64,000 bases of DNA from Thecamonas trahens ATCC 50062 (Eukaryota; Protista; Apusomonadida): assembly GCF_000142905.1 (NCBI RefSeq), contig NW_013657673.1, positions 124,001 through 188,000 on the forward strand, given 5' to 3'. The notes under the pieces were generated by a model that was not told where the DNA came from, did no database searches, and worked only from the letters and a program-made list of their open reading frames with translations. This document shows positions 31,996 to 46,000 of this stretch, in pieces. The translations under genes and the position numbers were made by a program. Each line of letters begins with the position of its first letter. Position 1 is the first letter of the stretch.

Positions 31996-33794
31996 CTAGC
32001 TGAGAAGGAACGAGAAGGCGATGAGCGCCAACAAGAGGCCGATACAGATAAACGACATGATGGCGCGAGCGCTGTCGATAGGAATACCTGTGGCCACCAC
32101 ACCATACCACTCGCGGCCGCGAGTGGTGCGGCGGAGGCGTGGGTCAGCAGCGACACCCGGCGCCGAGACGGCACTGCCGGTCTGGCCCTTGGTCGCCGAG
32201 AGCGACGACGAGCCGCGACCGCCGCCAAAGACATAAAACTCAGAGTCGGGGTGGTAGTGGACACGATAGATGGGCATGGAGCGGACGGTAATCCGCTGGG
32301 CCACGAGCCGGGCGTTGTCCGGCACAATGAGCGGAGTGGCGCCAAGGACCTCTTCTATGACGTTGCGCATGGCCTCGGGGAGCGAAGTGGCGACGTCGTC
32401 CATGGTCAGCTTGTGCGGCTGGCGCAGTTCGTACAGCGCCGGCGAGAATGAGGAAAGAACGACCAGCTGGTCGATGGGCAACTTGCGAGCGAGATTGGAG
32501 TCTGTGCCTGGCACAAAAGCACGCTCAAAGCGCGGTGTCTGCCACATAGCGAGCAAGTCGGCGGCCTGCTTAGTTCGCCCCGTGCCCTCACACTGGGTGC
32601 AGACAACGGCGCCGTGCTGGCCGCACTGTTGGCAGGCGTTGTGGTGCTCGTAGTCGATACCCTCTCCATCGCACCATCCGCATGGCACCGAGCCGCTGCC
32701 TTCGCATCGTGAGCAACGCATGGCCGGGCGGTCACCGGCGAGGTCAACTGGGACGCGCAGCTCGTGGAAGGCCTGGAACGATGGCGGCGGCATGACGTCG
32801 AGCGACCACGGCGTGCCCGAGGCCGGGACTTCGACGGCGAGTGCAGAGGCGTCGGCGGGGCGCTCGGTCGGAACAAGCTTGCGGAACTCGAGAAACGACT
32901 CGAGAAAGACGGCAAAAGCACCAAGGCGCTCAATCGACTCGATAAAGACCGAGTCGGCAAAGTTGCGGCGGCGCATCTTGGTGCTTTTGATGTAGCGGCG
33001 GAGGGCCGAGCGAGCTTGTGACTCGGAGAGGCCCACATGGACGCCAATGTCGTGTGATGTGACGTCGCCGAAGCGGACTCTCCGCTGAGCCTCGTCCACC
33101 GAGTCGTCACCAGCAACCGATGCGCCGTCAGCCTGAGCCCGCGACGTCCGCCGCGACGTCCGACGCGACGACCGCCGCGAGCGGGCGGTGTCGTCGCCTT
33201 GGACAAGGCGACGACACCAGAGAGGTCCATCAGTGAGGTGTTGATGGTCTCGTCCACGGTGTTTGCAACGGGATTGTCCTCTGCGAGAGCGGCAAAGTGG
33301 GCGATGTCCTCAGGAGCCAACGGAACCCAGTCCGGATCGTCGATGGTTGCCGGTGGGCCGACGTCGAGCAGCGCAGAGCACGAGGCGCACTGAATAAGCG
33401 GAGTGGACATGGCGACAGCGAGCGAGGCTCCGCAGCTGTGGCACATGGCCACTCGGGTGAAGGCTCCGCCCCCGGTCTCCTGAACCTTGTCCTGCACAGG
33501 CTCGCCAGTGACGGCCGGCATGGAGCTGCCGCCAGCTATGGAGCCGACCGAATCGCCGGCAGCAGTCAGCGGGAAGCCCGAAGAGAACTCGGACATGGAT
33601 GAGTCAAAGTCGCGCGAGACATTGGAGTTTGACGAGTTGCGCATCTTCCGTCGCTGCTTCTTGTTGGACGGGGGCTGGCGTGGCGGCGGGCAGTCGCTGG
33701 GCGCAACGTGGGACGGCATGGCGGTCATGGTCGGTGCCGCCTCGTCTCGCTCCTCCGACGGCACAACTTTGTTGCGCACACGGTTGGGGGGCAT
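31996..33794 (-). CDS. SSUH2-like protein (DnaJ-type CxxCxGxG zinc region) with an extra N-terminal CxxC-x14-CxxC finger and a C-terminal TM; one apparent frameshift, ~599 aa
   Basis: LSESQARSAL, LESFLEFR, PWSLDVMPPPSF, CSRCEGSG/CGWCDGEG/CQQC/CTQCEGTG and RLVAQRITVRSMPI match the SSUH2 layout. The 5' part of ORF 32406..33812 joins ORF 31996..33099 with +1 base near 33138-33140. Confidence 0.7.
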
Positions 33795-34083
33795 GGCTCG
33801 ACCTCTCCGCAAGTACGTGTCGGTGACAAGTGTGTCCGTGGCGGTGCGGTGGGTATGGGTGCGGTGGGGTCACGGGTGCGGCTGAGAAGCCTTTCTGCCG
33901 AGGAACTCGGTGAACGGTTGCCGAATTCGATGCGATTGGCGGGTGAATGGCGAAAAAAAGTCTGTCCGCGCGTGGGTACGCCCTGCTTGGCGTGGCCACA
34001 GAAGGGAGGGCCGGTGGGGATGGGGGGAGGCAGGAGGAGGAGGAGGGGGGGGGAGGGGGGGGGGGGGGGGGGGGGGCTTGGTT

Positions 34084-37000
34084 TTACAGTTCATCTACCC
34101 GAAGCGAGTCGAAGCCGTCGGTGTCGACGAGGATGTCGACCGAGGCGCGTCGACCTGGCGAGGCCACGCGTGCCGGGACCGGGGATAGTTGACCGGCGTG
34201 AGCGGGACTTTGGTTGGGTTCGGTCGCATGAACTGGTCGCGGTGGAGGCGACGACGAGACAGCCGGAGACCGTGGCGGTGACGGAGATGGCGATGGCAAT
34301 GGAGCTTGCGACAACAACAGTGATGGTGACGGTAGTGGCGAGGGCGATGGTGATGACGGTGGTGCCGGAGCATGCGCAGCGGCATACTCGTCTAGCATAC
34401 GCTCGGCATCAGCATGGTTGCCTTGGGCACGACAGACAGCAACTTGGAGGGCCAGACGGACCTCAGGGTCTTCCAGTGGCGATGGTGCGGGCTCGCCGCG
34501 GGCAGCGGCACGGACCCAGGAGGAAATGGCAGCCATGGCGAGCTCGAGCGGCGAAGGGTCGCCTGTCGAGGACGCGACATCGTCGTCGGCTCGAGAAGCG
34601 CTCGCCAACAGCTCGAGCACCCGGGCGTACGAGTCCGAGAGCAACGCCGGAAGCTCGGGTGTGACGGCGGTGTCGCCGACACGATGAGCCAGCTCCTCAA
34701 CCTCGGCAGTGAGAACCGCCAGCGACGACTCGAGGTCGTCAATGTCGATGGGTGCATCGGCGGTGAGCGCCTGGTCCTCGATAACGTCGAGAACGTGGAG
34801 GGCGCCGGACAGGCCGCCGTACTCGACGGTGGCGGCGAGCGCGTTGTTGACCAGAGCAACGGTGTGCTCTGAGCGCGAGTGGGCAGCAGCGGCAGCACGC
34901 GTGCGCTCGACTTCGAGCGCATCCAGGACTTGGATTAGCTGCTCTGAAAGCAGCCGAACCCGCTCCTGAGAACGAACGAAGGCGGCCGAGACCCGCATCC
35001 GCTCCAAGTACGCGCGCTCGAGCTCAGCAATGAGAAAGTCGGCGCCGTCGACAGCGGCGTGCAGTGGATAGAGGACATCCGCAAGCACATCGGACCAGCC
35101 GGCCTCTAGACCGGCGGCAGAGCTCTGTTGTTTTCAGTGGACAGTAAGGAAAAGGGGTGAGTGGAGGTGTTGCAGAGGCGTGGGAAAACGGAGTGGCAGG
35201 GTGAGTGAGCGCTACGCAGACGCAGACGCCGATGACAACGGCGACTGCGGCCGCGGCCGCGATTGGGTGCGGTGGGTGGTTGGAGGAGAGAGCATGGGCG
35301 AGAGCGAGTTGAACAATCGCTCCAGCGAGGTGTCGCCACGTGGCGGCGTCGACGGCGGAGGCCGCGCTGGTGCGGCTGTTGGAGTTGTTGGCGTCATGGC
35401 AGGCGACGACCGGTGCACCGACGAGGAGACTGGTGTCGATGGTGTCATCACCATTGGCGGTGGTGGTGACCCGTGAGCCATGGAAAACGAGAGCGACGAC
35501 GAGGTCGAGGAGACCGCAAGGTGTGGTGGGAACGGAAAGTGAGCCATCGAGATGCGCGAGTGACACCACTCAATGATCCGCTTCATCGAAGCCCGAAGCT
35601 CGGCATTGGTTGACTGCAGCTGCTCAGTGGCTTGGACAAGGCCAGTGACGCGTGACTTTGCGACGTCGCGTTCGCGCGCTGCTTGGGTGGCGGCAGCCGA
35701 GGCCGACTTTGCGGCTGCAGCTTCACGCGCGGCCGAGTCGCGCAGACTAGCGAGCTCGGCGTCGTGGCTGGCGACGGCGTCGGCGGCTGCACGACGTGCA
35801 AGCTCCAGCTCGCTCTGAAGCGTTCCAAGTTCGCGCTCTAGGCGGAGCGTCTCGGCGTGCACGGCTGCGGTGATACGAGCGTCGACGTGGCGCTCGGCCT
35901 CGACCAGCTTGGCGTCGAGACGCGACTGGGCAGCGCGGAGGTCAGCACGAGCCTCACGCGCGGCGGCAGCCTCGCGGTCAGCCGTCGCGCGTGCAGTGCG
36001 TAGCTCTTGTTCAAGCGCGTAGACGCGGGCGTCTGTTTCCGACTCGAGTTGGCGCACGGTGTGGGCCGCCTTGCTGGTTGCAGCGTCAGCATCAGCCCGA
36101 GCAAGGTCGGCCTCACGGCGGGCGTCGGCCATGCCGGTGTGGAATCGAGCTATTGCATCCTCTCGGGCTTTGATCGCAGCCTCGAGTTCGTCCTCTGTGC
36201 GCTCAAGCCGATTGCGGAGCGAGCTGCAAGCTGCGCGGGAGGCTTCCAGGTCCTCAGTCAGAACGCGCACCCGCGCCTGCTCAGTCTCCAGAGCGGCCCT
36301 AGTCTCGCGAGCCCGTTCTGCGGTGGCTGCCAGCTCAGTCTCGGCCTGGTGGGCTTGTGCCTTTGCAGAGCAAAGTAAAGCCTCCGCTTGCTCCGCGTGG
36401 TTCTTGGACTCGGTGCCAGTAGCGGTCTGCTTCAGCTTGTGGTTGGCCTGCTGCAGCCTGATGTTGGCCTGCTGCAGCTTGTTCTCGGCCTCTCTGGCGC
36501 GGGCCTTGGTCTGATCGAGCTGACCCTCGGCCTGCGCGGCGCGGGCCTTGGCCTGATCGAGCTGACTCTCGGCCTGTTCGGCGCGGGTTCGGGCCTGATC
36601 GAGCTCGCCATCCATCCGCTCGACACGGACTCGGGCCTGATCGAGCTGATTCTCGGCCTGTTCGGCGCGGGTTCGGACCTGATCGAGCTCGCCATCCATC
36701 CGCTCGACACGGACTCGGACCTGATCGAGCTGACTCTCGGCCTGCTCGGCGCGGGTTCGGGTCTGATCGAGCTGACTCTCGGCCTGCTCGGCGCGGGTTC
36801 GGGTCTGATCGAGCTCGCCATCCATCCGCTCGACACGGACTCGGACCTGATCGAGCTGACTCTCGGCCTGCTCGGCGCGGGTTCGGGTCTGATCGAGCTG
36901 ACTCTCGGCCTGTTCGGCGCGGGCCTTGGTCTGATCGAGCTGACTCTCGGCCTGCTCGGCGCGGATTCGGGTCTGATCGAGCTGACTCTCGGCCTGTTCG

Positions 37001-40000
37001 GCGCGGGCCTTGGTCTGATCGAGCTGACTCTCGGCCTGTTCGACACGGACTCGGGCCTGATCGAGCTGACTCTCGGCCTGCTCGGCGCGGGTTCGGGTCT
37101 GATCGAGCTGACTCTCGGCCTGTTCGGCGCGGGTTCGGACCTGATCGAGCTCGCCATCCATCCGCTCGACACGGACTCGGGCCTGATCGAGCTGACTCTC
37201 GGCCTGTTCGGCGCGGGCGCGGGCCTGATCGAGCTGACTCTCGGCCTGTTCGGCGCGGGTTCGGGTCTGAACGAGCTGACTCTCGGCCTGCTCGGCGCGG
37301 GCGCGGGCCTGATCGAGCTGACTCTCGGCCTGTTCGGCGCGGGTTCGGGCCTGATCGAGCTGGCTCTCGGCCTGCTCGACACGGGCCTGGACTTCCTCAA
37401 GCTCACCCTTCATCCGCTCGACACGGGCCAATGCATCCATCCGCTTCACATCGGCATGCGCGGCCGCAGCAAGATCCGCAGCCATGCCCATCCTCGCGCT
37501 CTCCAGCGAGTCGACTCTCGCCTGTGCGCGCGCTGCGACCTCGCGGCTCTCGGCCAACGCATGCTCAAGCTCCGTAACCCTGTCCTCGAGTGTCAGAGTC
37601 TCAATGCTTAGCTCGTGTAGCTCCAGCGGGTCACCACCCAGCTCAGGGGCTCCTGGAAACATCGGGAGCCCACCTTCAAGTACCGCGATCCGCCCACGCG
37701 CCGCAGTAAGTTCGGCCTCCAGTACAGCGATGCGGTGCTCGCTCGCATCAAGTCCCAGCGCCAGTGTCTCGTTGTGCTCACTGGCTGCCAACGCCGACGA
37801 GTCAAGGTCCACCGCAAGACCCGCCGCCTGACTCCGCAATGACGTCAGATCGCTCTCCAGTGCTGCCGCACGCGCCTGGCTTGATGCAATCTCGGCCTCC
37901 AGCGCACGGTTCCGCCCACGGAGCATTGCAATCTCGCTGTGCAGGATGGCCACTTGCTCCGCACTCGCCCGTCCACGCTCGTCCTTGCCACGCTGGATCT
38001 CGACTTGGTTTCAAGTGCAGCCAGCTGCGACTGCGTACTCGCCAGAGCAGTCTTGGTGCGTGCATGCTCGCCGTGCTCTTTGGCCAGCTCAGCCGCTGTA
38101 GTAGCGGCTGCAGCCTCGGCCGCTTCAACTTGGCGGGCCAGCCTCTCGCGCTCAGCACGCCATGCGCTCTCACTCGATGCGCGCTCACGGTGGGCCTCTT
38201 CCAGTCGCGCCGCAACCTCGGCCGATCTTGCCTCATTCAGCTGTCGCAGCTCATCGGCTGCTCGCTGCGTCGACTCGGTCTTGGCCAGCTCATGATGCAG
38301 CGACTCGATCTCCGCCTCAAGCGCAAGTGCAAAGCCCGTCGACGAGTTGAGCTGGGCCTGGAGCGCTGCCACGTGTTCGTCCGCGGCGACAGCGACGACC
38401 TTTTCGCGCTCGCGGGTCTCGTTGAGCTCGGCCACGGCTTGGTCACGAGTCTCCTCAAGCTCGACTTGCATCGCGACCAGCTCACCTTGAGATTCAAGCA
38501 CAGTTGCCAGTTCCGACTCGACTGTACGCAGCCGAGTGCTCATCGCCTCCAGCCGCGACTCAGCTTCTGCCGTCCGCGCTTCCTGCTCCACAAGCTGCCG
38601 CCTCGCCTCGTCACGCGCGTCGCGGGTGCTCGACACCTCGGCCACCAGCGCGCGGGCCCGCGCAATGGCACGTGCCAAGGCAGAGCTTGCGCCTGCCACC
38701 CGATCACTGCTTGCGTTCTCCGCCTCGGACAACACAGCAGCCAGTTCGCCGAGTCGCTCGTCGCGCAATCGCGCCGACGCCGACGCTCGCTTCTCGGCTG
38801 CGGCAAGAAGCGCCTGCATCTCACTCACACGTTCGTTGCATTCCGCCAGCTGCCGCCGCATGTGCGCCTGCTCGTACTCGAGTTCGCCTTCCAGACTGGC
38901 GATGCGCTCTGCGCGTGCAATCAATTCGTCATGCGCCATGCCACACTCGCTAGTCCGCTCCCCCAGGGCTCGCCGCGCCTCCATCAACGCCTCCTCAGCA
39001 TGAATCCGGGCCTGTTTCTCACGGTCAGCGCCATCCGAGGCACTCGCCAACTCCAGCTGCAGCCGTGCAATCATGTCACTCGCCGACGCCGCCTCTGCAC
39101 GAGCTGCCTTGGCGTCGGTCTCGGCCTGGCGAGCTGCTCTTCGGCTGACCTCAAGTAGATTACTCAGTTCGGCATCTGCCCGCTGGGCGCGTGCATTTGT
39201 ATCCGCAATGTCGACTTGACTTTGCGCAACTTCGGCCTCAGCCCGATCACCTCGGCGAACCGCCTCACTCAGCCGCCGTGCGAGCTGGCTTGCTCGGTCT
39301 TCTTCGCGAGCAAGCGCCTTGTGCATCTCGGCCACCTTGGTCTCCAGACGCGCAGCATCGGCCGCAGCACGTGAAGCCAGCTCCCGCTGCTCCTCAGACG
39401 CTTGACTCATCTCCGCCGACCGCCGCTCGGCGTCACGCAGCTCTGCTTCGGCTGACTCGGCCCGCTCGACAGCAGCGTCGCGCTCAGCCTCTGCCGCGCA
39501 CGCACGTCGGACCGCTGCGTCCCGTCGGGTCTTGGCTTTGGCCAGCTCTATGTCGATCGCACGTTCGCGGTCAGCAGCCAGTTTCGCCTCAGCCAAGGAC
39601 TCGTCACGGACCGTAATGGATGTCGCGACCAAGGCCTCGGCGGCTTCGGCGGCATCCTCCGCTACGTCCGCACGCTGCCGCCGTTGTCGACGCCGTCATC
39701 TCTTGTGCCCGCTTGGCTGCCTTCTCGCGCGCAGCCTCAGCCAGTTGCGCCAATTCCCGGCTCGACTCGGCATCCGCTTCCAGCTCGTGCGTTCGGGCCT
39801 TGGCCTGCCGAATCGCCTTTCGCGTGGCTATAAGCTGAGATTCGGCCTCATTGGCCCGGTTCAGTGCAGCCTCTAGGTCGCCCAATGCCTCCAGCTGTGC
39901 GACACGTGCCTTGGCCTCACTAAGATCGGACCGCATGGCGTACAATGCCAATGCGTCTTCTTCGCGTGCCTGCAATGCGTCGTGCCGTGCCTTCTCCAGC

Positions 40001-43000
40001 TCCTCTGCCAGTCGGGCTCTCTGCGCTTGCTCGATGACAACGAGCTGCTTCAGGCGCTCCACCTCGTCGGCGAATTGCCCCAGACGCGCATGATCGCGCT
40101 GGGCATCGCGCAGCTTGTACCGCAGCTCCGCCACCTCGCTTGTCTTGGCCTCCAGCTCCGAGGTATGACGCGTCGCCGCGGCAGTGAGCTCGCGTTTGGT
40201 GGCATCAAGTCGCTCTTCGAAGCCAGAGAGCTCATGGCGCAGCTCCGCCTCAGTCCGCTTGCTTTGGCGCTGCTGCCGCTCAAGCATCTCGCGCAAGGTC
40301 GTCACCTCGTCCGCGACCAGCTTCTCGTTCTTCGCGTGGGCGCTAGTTGCAGCATCTAGACGCGACGCTAGGTCTTCAACCTTGGCACTGGCGGCCTTAG
40401 CACTACGTCGAGCCTTGGTGGCAGCCGCGCGCTCGGCATCCAGCTCTGCGGCGTGGCGACGAGCACTTTCGCGCCGCTGGGTGCGCTCGCGGTCGAGCAG
40501 TGTCTGCAGCTCCACCATGGCAGCCTTCAGCTCCTTGGCGTGCGACCGCCCTCCTGCGCGGGCTTCCTGCAGCTCATCGCGCAGCGTCGCCGCCTCGACC
40601 GCCGCATCCTTTGCCCTTTGCTCGGCAGTCGCGAGGTCGGCTTCGGCTTCTTCTAGGCGGACCTGCAGCTGGGCCATGCGCCGGTTTGGCGCCTTTGCCC
40701 TCTCAGCGAGCTTGCGTCGCAGCGTCGCAGCATCTGCCAATGCAGCCTCTCGGTCAGCATTGAGCGAGCGAGCAACCTCACGGAGCTCGGCTTCGAGCTT
40801 GCGTCGCACGCTTTCAGTTTCGGCGCAAGCAGCCTCCCGCTCGACCACAGACGACCTCAGCTCGCTCTCGAGCCTCGCCACTTCCCGCCGCATATCCTCG
40901 CGCACGGCCTCGCGTTCCGCCACCGACGACCTCAGCTCGCTCTCGAGCCTCGCCACTTCCCGCCGCATATCCTCGCGCACGGCCTCGCGTTCCGCCACCG
41001 ACGACCTCAGCTCGCTCTCGAGCCTCGCCACTTCCCGCCGCATATCCTCGCGCGCGGCCTCGCGTTCCTCCACCGACGACTCCAACTCACTCTCGAGCCT
41101 GGCGATCTCCAACTTGTCCGTCTCGGCTTGTGCCCGGCCATCGTCTCTACTCCCTGCGCGCACGTCTCTCATCACACGGGGGAACTCGGCAGACTCACGT
41201 ACCTCATTAGCGCCTTCGGCGGCGCCGCGGACTTGCCGCTCCATCACTTCCTCAACCTTGGCCACCACGCTCTCCAACTGGCGCCGCAGATCCTCGTTGG
41301 TTGCACTATGGTCGTCTTGTGACTGGCCAGCACTCGCCTTGGCCACAGCAAGCTCGGCGGTAAGATCAGCCGCTCGAGTCGACGCCTCACGTGCCGCCCG
41401 CTGTGCAATGCTCAGATTCTCTTTCAGCACTTCGATTTGACCCGAGAGCGCTGCGGCGCGCGACGACTCGGCCTGTGCACGTTCCATCAGCCTCGCGTTC
41501 GTTGTCTTCAGCGTCTCTAGTGTCGCCTGTACTGCCGCGCTCATCCCAGCACCGGAGCTCGCTGCCTCTTTGCTGCTCTCCAGCCGCGCTTCCAGCCGCG
41601 CGACAACCACCTCCATTCTCGCATTCTTCTTGTCGACGCCCTCCTTCTCAAGCCGCACCTGTGTAAGTTCGGCCTTGCACTTGGCCAGTGCTTGCCTGAG
41701 GTCGCCTTCGCCCGTATGCGCCGCCGCATCGGTTTTTGCAGCTTCAAGCGCTGCCGTGAGTCGGGCAATGTCATCATCCTTGCCCGCAACAACGGTCCGC
41801 AGCCGAGCATCGGCTGCATTCGTGGCTTCAACGCGCGCGTGGTTCGCGGCTTGTCTGCACGCGTCAAGCTCGGCGCGAAGCTTGGTCGCCTTGGCGTCGG
41901 CAGCGTCGGCGTCGGCCCTCAGTCGCGTGATCTCGGAGTCGCGATCACCAAGGTCACGCTCGGTCTCGCGCCGCATGCTCACGAGCTTGTTCTGTGTTTC
42001 GGTCAGCTTTTCCGTCAACGACGCCACAGCCACTTCTTGCCGCGCCAGTTTCTGCTCCTGCTCGCGCACAAGCGCCTGTGCTGTTTTCAGCTCGTGGCTC
42101 AAATGCTCTCGCTCTGTCCGCGCATCAGAGCGCATCGCATCCGCCTGACTTGCCAACCGCGCCAGCTCCTCGTCCTTTCCGGCAATGGTTGCCTCGATGC
42201 GTGCCATGGCAGCTTCGGATGCTTCGCCGCGCGTCCGTGCCATCTCCTGATCGCGGGCAAGCAGTTGCTGTCGGAGCAATGTAATCTGCTCCTTCTCATC
42301 CTTCAACGCGGCGAGCAGCCGCTCAATCTCGCGATCGCGTCCTTTCAGGGCCCGGGTCGTCTCAGTGACCTCTGCTCGCTTCACCGCAAATGCCTGCTCC
42401 ACCTGGTCGCACTCGGCAGACTTCTTAGCCAGCCGCTCCCTCGCCACACGCGCCTCGCCGGACAAACGCTCCATCGTCGCCTCTGCCTCGGCTCGCATCC
42501 GCTCGAATCGAGCTTCCGACTCCTTCACCCGACTCTCCAGTGATGCAATCTTGGCAACCTGTCGCGCAGCTTCCTCCCTCATTGCATCAAGATCGGTGTC
42601 CTTGGCGACCATGGCCGCCTGGATTCGCACCATGGCCTGCTCTGACGCCTCGCCGCGAGCGCGCGCCATTGCTTGGTCGCGCTCGAACAGCTCGGTCCGC
42701 AGCTGGCTGACCTCGCCTTGCGCCGCCTCAAGCTGAGTCTTCAACTCCGCGACCCGCGCCTCGGTGGCCTCGGCCTTGGCCGTCAGTGACGCCACACCTG
42801 CCGATGCATGCGCCAGTGCCTGCTCGCGGTCCTGCAGTGTGCTCCGAGCACGGCTAAGCTCTTCATCCCGGAGAGCAATTGCAGCACGGCCCTCACTCCG
42901 CGACGCCTCAAGTCGACTGGTAGCATCCTCGAGCTGTGCGCTAAGCGAGGTCACCCGGGCACGTTCATGTGCCAGCTCCTGCTCCAATTGGCGCAGTGCC

Positions 43001-46000
43001 GCATCCGCTTCCTTTCGTTCTTGCATGGCGGCGCTTTGATTGGCTTGTGCCTCCCGTGACAGCTTAGCCAGCTCTGCATCCTTGGCATTGATAGCCTTCT
43101 CAATTCTTGCCATAGCCGCGTCAGACGCCTCGCCACACTGAGGACTGCCGAGGTCGCGCTCGAGCAGCCGCGTTCGCAGCTCGTCGGCCTTGGCCTGAGC
43201 CTCGCGCGCTGCACTCTGCATCCGCTCGGCTTCGGCATTTGCCCGCGCGACCTCTTGGTCGCGGATCTCCAGCGCACGCTGTGCGTCGGCATGCATGCTT
43301 GCAAACCGCTTCTCGGCCTCGTCAACCTTGGCAGTCAGCGACAACATCGTCGCACTCTGCTCCGCGATCTTCTTCTCGCACTCGCGAAGCTCACCGCGGA
43401 CGCACGCCAGCTCGTGGCTCTGTCCCTCTAGAGACTCCGCCTTGGCAGCAACCGACGCAAGCTGGGCTGCGTCCGCAATGTGCTTGGCCTCCGCGGCCTC
43501 TAGTCTCGTATTCAGATCAGTGGCACGTGCCTGGGCCTCAGCAAGTTTGGTCGACCGCGACGCAGCAGCAGCCCGTTCATGTGCAAGCTCTCCTTCGCAG
43601 CTCTTCAGCTCGGCACGAAGCGTGGACAGCTCCTCAGCCTGGGATGACATCGACTCCAGACGGCCCGTCAGCGACGCCACACTTGCCTTGGCAGCTGCCA
43701 GCTCCTCCTCCTTTGCGCGGACTGCTTCGTCCAGCTCGGCAGCGGCAGCTGATGCAGCCTCGTCGAGGCTGCGGACAAGCTCCTGCTCGTGCTCAATCAG
43801 TCGTGCTCTTGCCTCGCGGGCCTCGTGACTCGCCTGGGCTAGTTGCTCTGTCGCCGCGACCGCTTCGCTTCGAGCGTTTTCGCTCTCACTCCGCGCCACA
43901 GCAAGCTCGGCATCGCGGGCCGAGAGAAGACTCCTCAGCTCAGCCGCCTCCTCGGCATTAACTTGCGCGTCGGCCTCGGCCTCTTCGCGAGCACCTTGCA
44001 GTCGCTCCAGGTTGCCCAGCTCGGTCTCGAGACGTGCCGAGAGATCGCTGATCCTGGTGCGGAGGACACGATTGTCCTCCTCGAGTTGCGAGCGGCAGGA
44101 CTCGAACGACGCCGTCGCCGCCTTCACCTCCCTCAGCTCGGCCTCGAGACTGGCGGCACGTTCCTGTGCCTTGGCAGACGCCGCAACAGCGTCGTCAGCA
44201 CGCAACGTCAACGCTGCAATCGTCTGCTCGCGGGAGGCCGACGCCTCGTCGTTGCCTTGCTCCGCCAGCTCCAGACGGAGTGCCAGCTCCTGTGCGCGAG
44301 AGTTTGCGCGTCGGCCGGCCTCGTCAACCTCCTGCAGCTTGGCCTTGAGCTTGTCGACGGTCGCGGTACGATCTGCGAGCTCGCGCCGGACCATGGTCAC
44401 CTCGACAGCAGCTGCGTCGCGTGCAGCGAGGGCATCCTTCCGGCCTGTGAGCTCTTCACGGATCCGGGCCTCGCACTCGGCAAGCGCGCTCTTCTGAGTC
44501 TCGATCGTGGTCTCCAGCTGCTCGATCCGGGACGTCAGCAGCCGTACTTCGGTCTCGGCCCGAGTCGCACGTGCTTCAACCGTGGCACGAGCCTCGCGCT
44601 CGGCGTGGAGTGGGCTTGCTTCAGCCGCCTTGGCCAGAGCTGCGTCGCGCTCGGCGCGAGTCTGGGCGACAACTTCCTCCGCCCTGGTCGCCCGGGCGTC
44701 ACTACGCTCCACCTCGGCGGCAAGCCGCTGCGTCTCGCGCTCGCCTGCGGCTGCCCGGGAATCCGCGCTCGCACGCTCGGCCTCGGCAGTCCTCAGTGTG
44801 GCGCGAACCGAGTCGAGCTCCGCGCGGATGCGGTCCGCCGCAGCAGCAGCCTCGGTGCTTGCGTCGTAGTGGGCGGCGAGCTCGGCACGAGCCCGCTCGA
44901 GCTCGGCCTCGAGCGTCACCCGCGTCTCTCGTCCGGCATCGACCTGTCCTCGAAGCGTCGCGACCTCGTGCCGCAGCTCGGTCTGGTTCGCGTCAGAAGC
45001 CCGACGGAGCTCGTCGAGCTGGGCACGCGCCGCAGCCAGCTCGGCAGTGGATGTCGCGGCATGGCGCTCGCTCACACCTGCAGCTGTCTGCGCCTCAACG
45101 AGGGCATCGGTCGCACTCGCTAGCCGACGCGTCAGCTCATCGTGCTTCTCGCGTAAGTTCTCCAGCCGCACATTCAGTTCGGCCTCGCGAACCTTTGCGT
45201 TACCAGCGGCGTCACGCGCAGCACGCGCCTCCGCCTCGGCGCGGGCCACCCGCTCATCGACAGCGCGCATGGTCGAGGCAGCATTCTGGGCCTGGGCCGT
45301 CGACTCGGCGGCGGCGAGACGAGCCTCGTGCAGCTGGCTGGTCAAGCTCGCCAGCCGTCCATCGGACGAGGCCACCGAGTCCTTGAGGCGCGCATTGGTC
45401 TCGACAAGCTCGGAGACTCGGGCAGAGAGCACGTCGGCCTTCATGGCGAGCACTTGCTCGGCAGCACGCGACGCCGCGAGCGACTCGCGAAGCACTGAAA
45501 CCGGCTCGTCGCCCATCCGAGCCTTGGACTCGCGCGCAAGCATGGCCTGCGACGACGCGGCGAGGCTCTCAAGCGCCGAATCCATCCGGCGCGCAAGCTG
45601 AGACAGGTCTGCCGTCGACGAGCCCATCGACTCGAGCTCACTGCGGACCTTCTCCACCTCGGTTGAGAGCTCGGCCAGATGCAGCTCGCCAATGGATCCG
45701 CTCGCTGGCCCGCGAGGTGCCAGTGGCGGTGAGACACCCGAGGCGGGCGACGCCTCGGCATCCTCGGAGCCGCTGCGGGAAGCACGGGCACGGCCGAGTG
45801 TTTCTAGCTGGGCCTCGAGCCGCTTCGTCTCGGCGGTCGCCACCTCGAGCTTGGCTTCGACAGCGGCAGCATCAGCCTGCGTAGACTCGGCATCTGCGCG
45901 GGCGCTGGAAAGATCGGCCTCGAGTTGAGAAATGTGGGCGGTGCGACTCTCGAGCACGCCGGCGAGCGATGCAAGCTCGGCAGCCGTCGACTCGGCGCGA

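Noticed and set aside
36463-37428. Regularly spaced repeat resembling a CRISPR array
   Set aside because: No unique spacers and no cas genes; the units are contiguous, in frame and encode heptads.
36388-37611. Long alternative-frame ORFs over the 42-bp array (36388..37611 +, 36432..37406 -)
   Set aside because: A stop-free unit repeated in tandem stays open in several frames; these are shadows of the coiled-coil gene.
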